From a virus (Duplodnaviria > Heunggongvirae > Uroviricota > Caudoviricetes), in IMG/VR virus record IMGVR_UViG_2681813234_000006, positions 1 to 11,677 of that record: 11,677 nucleotides of DNA. One strand, written 5' to 3'. Of the stretch, positions 7,826-11,677 are shown piece by piece. The position numbers and the translations under genes were made by a program. The notes under the pieces are model-generated. The model was not told the DNA's origin. It saw only the letters and a list, made by a program, of their open reading frames with translations, and ran no database searches. Numbering within the stretch: the first letter of the stretch is position 1; each line of letters opens with the position of its first letter.

Positions 7826-8456
7826 TACTGCTCACATCCAAATTTTTATCCTTCGTACGCCGACGAAGAGACACCTTATTAATCTCCGCTTCACCAGGGA
7901 GTGTGTTACCGTCAAGGGGCATAAGTGGCATTGATGCTGTAGATTGATGAGAAACCATACTAATCTGAGCACCATAGGTATTAAACCCAACAAGAGCCAC
8001 CTCCCAACGAGGCAGTGTGGACTCTAATTCACCATCTCCCTCTTCGGATAAAAATGGCTCCGCTATGACTCGCCATGTAATATCTTGCTCAGCCTCAACA
8101 TCACCAAACAATGAAAGCTGCTCATGCTCTACTTTATTTCGACGCAGGCGATGTTTCTTTTTGGGGTTATTAATGCAATCTTTGGTAAATTGTAGCGGAA
8201 CTTTATTTAAAGCAACTACATAGTCCAACCCCTTGGAAATCATCTTAAGACCAGGAATTGCGCCTTCATTTTGAATAAGATGGTTTCTGACCCAATCATA
8301 AGCCCTTACACCTTCAGACCAGTTGCTGTCTAATACGTGCTTATGATAGTACAACTGCTCAAGTACGTTAGCGATCTCCGCCAACAACTGGCGAACATTG
8401 CTTTCAGCAAGATAAGGTTGAAATTCCCAACAAGGAGCTAACTGATTTTCATTCAT
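7806..8456 (-). CDS. Hypothetical 216-aa protein of unknown function; first gene of the two-gene cassette (candidate effector or toxin)
   Basis: ATG at 8454-8456; TAA stop at 7806-7808 lies inside the next gene's first codons; no recognisable catalytic motif; acidic C-terminal tail; AT-rich codon usage; only a weak SD but a near-consensus promoter upstream. Confidence 0.7.
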   Translation of the reverse strand: MNENQLAPCWEFQPYLAESNVRQLLAEIANVLEQLYYHKHVLDSNWSEGVRAYDWVRNHLIQNEGAIPGLKMISKGLDYVVALNKVPLQFTKDCINNPKKKHRLRRNKVEHEQLSLFGDVEAEQDITWRVIAEPFLSEEGDGELESTLPRWEVALVGFNTYGAQISMVSHQSTASMPLMPLDGNTLPGEAEINKVSLRRRTKDKNLDVSSNGTSGE

Positions 8457-8490
8457 TTCAAGTTTCGCTTTTTTTAGAATTCGTAAACCT

Positions 8491-8520
8491 TATATTTTCG
8501 CATTTTCCTGTTTTTGTCAA
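8491..8520 (-). promoter_or_regulatory. Sigma70 promoter of the two-gene cassette
   Basis: On the minus strand: consensus -35 TTGACA (8520->8515), 17-nt spacer, -10 AAATAT (8497->8492; AATATA with 18-nt spacer is an alternative); located between the upstream terminator and the ATG at 8456. Confidence 0.45.
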
Positions 8521-8530
8521 CCAGACTAAT

Positions 8531-8553
8531 GCAAAAACCCGCCGAAGCGGGTT
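8531..8553 (-). terminator. Rho-independent terminator downstream of hok
   Basis: 7-bp stem aacccgc (8536-8542) / gcgggtt (8547-8553) with loop cgaa; on the minus strand followed by UUUUUGC; the hairpin core is nearly identical to the one at 6702-6717. Confidence 0.6.
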
Positions 8554-8621
8554 AAGTGCGGGTGCATTGAGGATTCCTGACTCATCAGAGGTGGCGAGGG
8601 ATTTCTCCCTCGCCTGGTCTC

Positions 8622-8777
8622 TTACTCCTCAGGTTCGTAAGCTGTGAAGACAGCGACCTCCGTCTGGTCGGTTCGGATTCGTACCTCGCAGAGGTCTTTC
8701 CTCGTTACCAGTGCCGTCACTATGACGGTTAAACAGATGACGATCAGGGCGATTAACATCGCCTTTTGCTGCTTCAT
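8622..8777 (-). CDS. hokD: Hok/Gef family membrane toxin (type I toxin), HokD/RelF-like
   Basis: 51 aa MKQQKAMLIALIVICLTVIVTALVTRKDLCEVRIRTDQTEVAVFTAYEPEE, differing at one position from HokD/RelF as I recall it; ATG at 8775-8777 with AAGGAG about 9 nt upstream. The track ORF has a 19-codon in-frame upstream extension from 8834. Confidence 0.85.
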   Translation of the reverse strand: MKQQKAMLIALIVICLTVIVTALVTRKDLCEVRIRTDQTEVAVFTAYEPEE

Positions 8778-8834
8778 AGCCTGCTTCTCCTTGCCTTTCG
8801 GCACGTAAGAGGCTAACCTAGATTTGCCGTTCAT

Positions 8835-9030
8835 AGATTGAGCCTCAGATTAATGTTAAGCGTCTTGCAGGACGCGTAATGTTAACTGGGGCTTTTCTCT
8901 ATCTGCCTTTGGTGTTCATGCCTGAGGCAGATAGCCTCAAGCACCCGCAGCAATTCTACTTAAGTTAGATAAGTTTTTCTACGGTATTCTCTCTGCGTCC
9001 CGTAAATAAAGTCTCGGCTCATCATTTTTA
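8835..9030 (-). promoter_or_regulatory. Structured hok upstream/leader region; possible site of hok translational control or an antisense RNA (not demonstrated)
   Basis: 9-bp inverted repeat ctatctgcc (8899-8907) / ggcagatag (8926-8934); additional 7-bp complementarity gcctcag (8842-8848) / ctgaggc (8922-8928); a 9-bp stem-loop ggcgaggga/tccctcgcc (8593-8614) lies just 3' of the hok stop. Confidence 0.3.
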
Positions 9031-9294
9031 TCACAGGTGCGAGGAAAATATATAGCGCCCTCCATCAAGCATAACGAAATACATTTTCCATTCATCGCCA
9101 TTCTTCAATTTAATACGAAGACTTTCCCCGCGAGTGTATTTATTAAACAACTGTTCCGATGTGCTAGTAAGAGGTATTTTTACCGTTATTACAACTACTG
9201 CACCACCATTTAATTCTCGAAGTTCAGCATCCGCACACACAAAAGATGAATAAATGTTATGCTCTGGGTAATCAACAAGTAACAGCATATTCAT
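9031..9294 (-). CDS. Hypothetical 87-aa protein, AT-rich, upstream of hok
   Basis: ATG at 9292-9294 with AAGGA RBS; soluble; no recognisable family; not RelE-like. Confidence 0.6.
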   Translation of the reverse strand: MNMLLLVDYPEHNIYSSFVCADAELRELNGGAVVVITVKIPLTSTSEQLFNKYTRGESLRIKLKNGDEWKMYFVMLDGGRYIFSSHL

Positions 9295-9423
9295 TCCTTA
9301 AATATAGCAACTAAAACAAACAACGATTTAACAGTCGGAATTTTTATATAACATAAGAACGTTGCAAGATCTATCCAGATGAAGCCCCTCCATCCCCCTG
9401 ACTCATTACATGCTTTTACTATC

Positions 9424-9843
9424 TCACCGTAAAACATCCTCCTCGCTTACCAGCCCGTTCTGATTCAGATGCGCCATTACCTGATCAGGCAAACTGCTTA
9501 AACTATTGGCGTACTTTAATGAGAGGGACAGTCGCTTAATCCACATTGTCAGCTCAACAATGAGCCTGTTTTTGACCTCTCGCTCATCCAGAAGAACCAT
9601 TGCAACCTCTGGATTAAAAGCTGCAATAAATTCAGCATTGGCATATGCCTGGGCACCTGTTTCAGTCAGGCAGTTAACATAACATTCTGCAATCACGCCG
9701 CCAGCATCTCCCTTCCATTTTTGACAAACAAAAACCCCTGTTAAATTGCCGTGCTGGTTAACTGACGCATGCCCTACGATGTAGCGTCCTTTAGTTTCTT
9801 TCTCTGCTGCTTCACGCAGCGCCTGATAGTCAATCTCGCTCAT
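9424..9843 (-). CDS. Ead/Ea22-like family protein
   Basis: 139 aa; N-terminal IDYQALREAAEK and central NAEFIAAFNPEVAMVLLDE resemble the motifs I recall for Ead/Ea22-like prophage proteins; ATG at 9841-9843. Confidence 0.55.
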   Translation of the reverse strand: MSEIDYQALREAAEKETKGRYIVGHASVNQHGNLTGVFVCQKWKGDAGGVIAECYVNCLTETGAQAYANAEFIAAFNPEVAMVLLDEREVKNRLIVELTMWIKRLSLSLKYANSLSSLPDQVMAHLNQNGLVSEEDVLR

Positions 9844-10016
9844 TCATCGCCCCACTCATCACAATATGCTTCGACCGGAGTTTTTCCTGCTTCATAGTCA
9901 TCACGCCATACTTCAGCATCAGCAGCACTTCCACTACGTAACTCTGCATATTCCATTAACAGTTCATGCCATTCTTCAAAACTGACGTTGTATTTAGTTG
10001 AACCAAAATCAGCCAT
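9843..10016 (-). CDS. Small acidic protein (57 aa), absent from the supplied ORF track (below its size cutoff)
   Basis: Hand translation MADFGSTKYNVSFEEWHELLMEYAELRSGSAADAEVWRDDYEAGKTPVEAYCDEWGDE; ATG at 10014-10016 with GGAGGA about 9 nt upstream; TGA stop (9840-9842) overlaps the ATG of the Ea22-like gene (ATGA coupling). Confidence 0.5.
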
Positions 10017-10059
10017 TTTGTTCTTCCTCCTCGTCTTTTATTTCATGATATGAGTAATT

Positions 10060-10272
10060 TCAGTAGTTAAAGAAAATTTCTTTTGCTTCGTCATGAATTT
10101 CATCAGGTGTCGCGTCATCATCCACTTCGAATACATCCTCAAAATCTCCACCAGTTATTCCCGTTTCAATAATTATTTTGAATTTTCGTATTTCACTACC
10201 GCCCTTTCGGACGGCCTCCTGATGTTTTGAGGGTGCAGGCATCCCTCCGGTTAAGGACTCTATTTTATTCAC
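10060..10272 (-). CDS. Hypothetical small protein (60-70 aa), start uncertain
   Basis: Track ORF starts at GTG 10272 with no SD; an internal ATG at 10240-10242 is preceded by GGAGGG at very short spacing; acidic C-terminal half; no family recognised. Confidence 0.35.
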   Translation of the reverse strand: MNKIESLTGGMPAPSKHQEAVRKGGSEIRKFKIIIETGITGGDFEDVFEVDDDATPDEIHDEAKEIFFNY

Positions 10273-10347
10273 AGTGCTGAATTTAATTATTCAGATTTGG
10301 ATTATGCTTTCTCTTTCACTTCACCAAGTTCCGATTATTAATTTGGC

Positions 10348-10770
10348 TCACAACAGCACCTCCTGAAAGTTTCCCCGATAAAACGCCAGTACACGCTGCA
10401 TAACTTCGCTTTTCCGGCACTCACGACAAATTATGTTCTGACACCTGTCGTAGCGGCGTATTTCTCCGTCTGGTAATGACCAGATAAGGTCCGGATCAAC
10501 CACAGATGTTTTCTTCAGATTTGCCCTTGAGAGTTTTTTGCGGGCATTTTGCCAGTCCTTACGCGCCTGCGCTGACGGGAATAACCCGTAACCAGAGTTG
10601 TATACATCGCCGCTGGCAACCAGCTCTCTTGCGAGAACGCTCATCAGATATCTTGTTGCCCCAGTTTTAGCTTCCAGTTGTCGTAACGTCTCTCGCCCGC
10701 TCTGGCGTACGAGATCAACAATCTGCCCTTTAATTTTTTCCCGCTCTTCCTGTGTAAATACTTTTGCCAT
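10348..10770 (-). CDS. ren: Ren-like protein (lambda Ren family) with an N-terminal extension
   Basis: C-terminal IICRECRKSEVMQRVLAFYRG resembles lambda Ren LVFKECRQSAAMKRVLAVYGV, and TGATRYLMSVLARELVASG resembles TGATVTSINQAAAKMARAG (both recalled); ATG at 10768-10770 with GGGGAGGG RBS (track ORF starts at TTG 10836). Confidence 0.6.
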   Translation of the reverse strand: MAKVFTQEEREKIKGQIVDLVRQSGRETLRQLEAKTGATRYLMSVLARELVASGDVYNSGYGLFPSAQARKDWQNARKKLSRANLKKTSVVDPDLIWSLPDGEIRRYDRCQNIICRECRKSEVMQRVLAFYRGNFQEVLL

Positions 10771-10786
10771 AAGCCCTCCCCTGGAA

Positions 10787-11581
10787 TCACTTTTCCGACA
10801 CAATACGACTGGAGGAATCAACAATCTGTCGGACAATATCCCGGTGCTTGTTCAGCTCCCGCAGCGCGGCGCAGACTCGCTCCCACTTCTGGACATGACT
10901 TTTCGCCCGGCGCAGTTCGCGGTTTGCCATATGCAGCGATGGTAAAATCAGGCCATTGGCTCGCGTTTCAGTGAACGATGGCAACGACTGCACAATGTCC
11001 CCCACAGTATCTGTTTTAATTTCTTCCTGTGTTGCCGCTTCCTGTACTGGTAACGCAACACCGGCTGGCTGAGAAAAGGCTTTACCAGGTGTTTTCTCTA
11101 CCGATACAACTTTCGGCTCTGCTGGTAAATTTTCCCCGGTTTCTTTTACCCGCATCCACTTACACCCCTTCCCCTGTCCCAGCTTAATCACCATGCCATC
11201 GCGGCAAAGCTTTTCCATCGCAGAAACCAGCGACCTGACGCAATCAGCACGCCCCACAGCAATTGCAATCTCAGCGGTGGTCATTGCCCCACCATGAGCA
11301 AGTGTGGACAGGATGTCGCAGCGATTCAGTGGCTCACGCTCTTTTCTGCTGACCACCGGACGGGATTTTCTTTCCACTTTACACACCGTTACTTTTTTTT
11401 CTTTCACGCCAGTTTGTCGTTCTGAAACAGACCAGTAACCATTAACCGACACAACTTCTCCCAGCTCTTCGTACTCCCTCAGCATTTTAATCGCCTCTGC
11501 AGGTTCAATGCCCAAACTGGCAGCAAGCTCGGTGCACGTCACCTTTTGCATCGCTTTTAACGTATCAATCAACGTTTCCAT
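10787..11581 (-). CDS. Hypothetical prophage protein with two predicted winged-helix-like DNA-binding segments; not lambda O or P
   Basis: ATG at 11579-11581 with GGGAGA RBS (track start at 11584 is TTG); two segments with HTH-like patterns (VTCTELAASLGIEPAEAIKMLREYEELGEVV and MTTAEIAIAVGRADCVRSLVSAMEKLCRDGMVIK). Confidence 0.6.
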   Translation of the reverse strand: METLIDTLKAMQKVTCTELAASLGIEPAEAIKMLREYEELGEVVSVNGYWSVSERQTGVKEKKVTVCKVERKSRPVVSRKEREPLNRCDILSTLAHGGAMTTAEIAIAVGRADCVRSLVSAMEKLCRDGMVIKLGQGKGCKWMRVKETGENLPAEPKVVSVEKTPGKAFSQPAGVALPVQEAATQEEIKTDTVGDIVQSLPSFTETRANGLILPSLHMANRELRRAKSHVQKWERVCAALRELNKHRDIVRQIVDSSSRIVSEK

Positions 11582-11677
11582 CAAAATTTCTCCCGTTAAA
11601 AATTATTTACCAATCTCAAACAAAACTTATCCCCTGAACCCTGGTGGAATTTCGGTGTCCGGTTCAGAAATATGATT

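Larger units (their letters stand above)
1..11677. mobile_element. Segment of a lambdoid prophage (replication-proximal genes, nin-type region, Q antiterminator, late promoter, moron cargo); no integrase or att site in the window, and the left ~900 bp may lie outside the co-directional block
   Basis: Co-directional minus-strand gene order Ren-like -> Ea22-like -> Hok -> DUF968-like -> RusA -> Q-like -> promoter/terminator, tightly packed with overlapping or coupled junctions, typical of lambdoid early-right operons. Confidence 0.6.

Noticed and set aside
6976-8223. ORFs 6976..7158 (-), 7278..7553 (+) and 8017..8223 (+) inside the cassette genes
   Set aside because: Nested within or antisense to the two well-supported cassette genes; no independent start signals.
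8778-8834. In-frame 19-codon N-terminal extension of hok as a Mok-like frame
   Set aside because: Canonical mok overlaps hok in a different frame. Here the extension is in-frame and the internal ATG at 8777 has a strong AAGGAG RBS and gives the canonical 51-aa Hok, so the extension is probably just an open upstream frame.
154-11644. 11-bp direct repeat ctgaaccctgg at 154-164 and 11634-11644, considered as possible att-like boundaries
   Set aside because: Several exact 11-mer repeats are expected by chance in a window of this size; no integrase gene or tRNA is adjacent and the flanks do not extend the match.
1-11677. Search for tRNA, rRNA and CRISPR arrays
   Set aside because: No cloverleaf-like T-arm motif (GTTCRANNC with matching acceptor stem) was found in the non-coding gaps, and there are no regularly spaced direct repeats; none can be supported by eye.

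Overview
The window reads as a lambdoid prophage early-right / nin / Q segment, with almost every gene on the minus strand (transcribed from high to low coordinates). From 11581 down to 4256 the order is: a tandem winged-helix protein, a Ren-like protein, several small ORFs, an Ead/Ea22-like protein, an AT-rich 87-aa gene, a Hok/Gef toxin (near-identical to HokD/RelF as I recall it), then a nin-type block of a 92-aa protein, a DUF968-like Cys/His protein, RusA and a Q-like antiterminator. Directly after Q there is a strong promoter and terminator pair resembling lambda pR'/tR', followed by three probable late-expressed morons: an AT-rich polytopic membrane protein, a small PapI/FaeA-like winged-helix protein and an orphan beta-class DNA methyltransferase. 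The main candidate for an undescribed system is at 6692-8553: an AT-rich two-gene cassette (216-aa protein of unknown function, overlapping a 367-aa XRE-HTH + ImmA/IrrE HExxH metallopeptidase fusion) with its own consensus -35 promoter and near-identical terminator hairpins on both sides. No rRNA, tRNA, CRISPR array or transposase was recognised. All calls rest on reading the six-frame translations and sequence motifs by eye; no database search or computation was possible, and family names are from memory.
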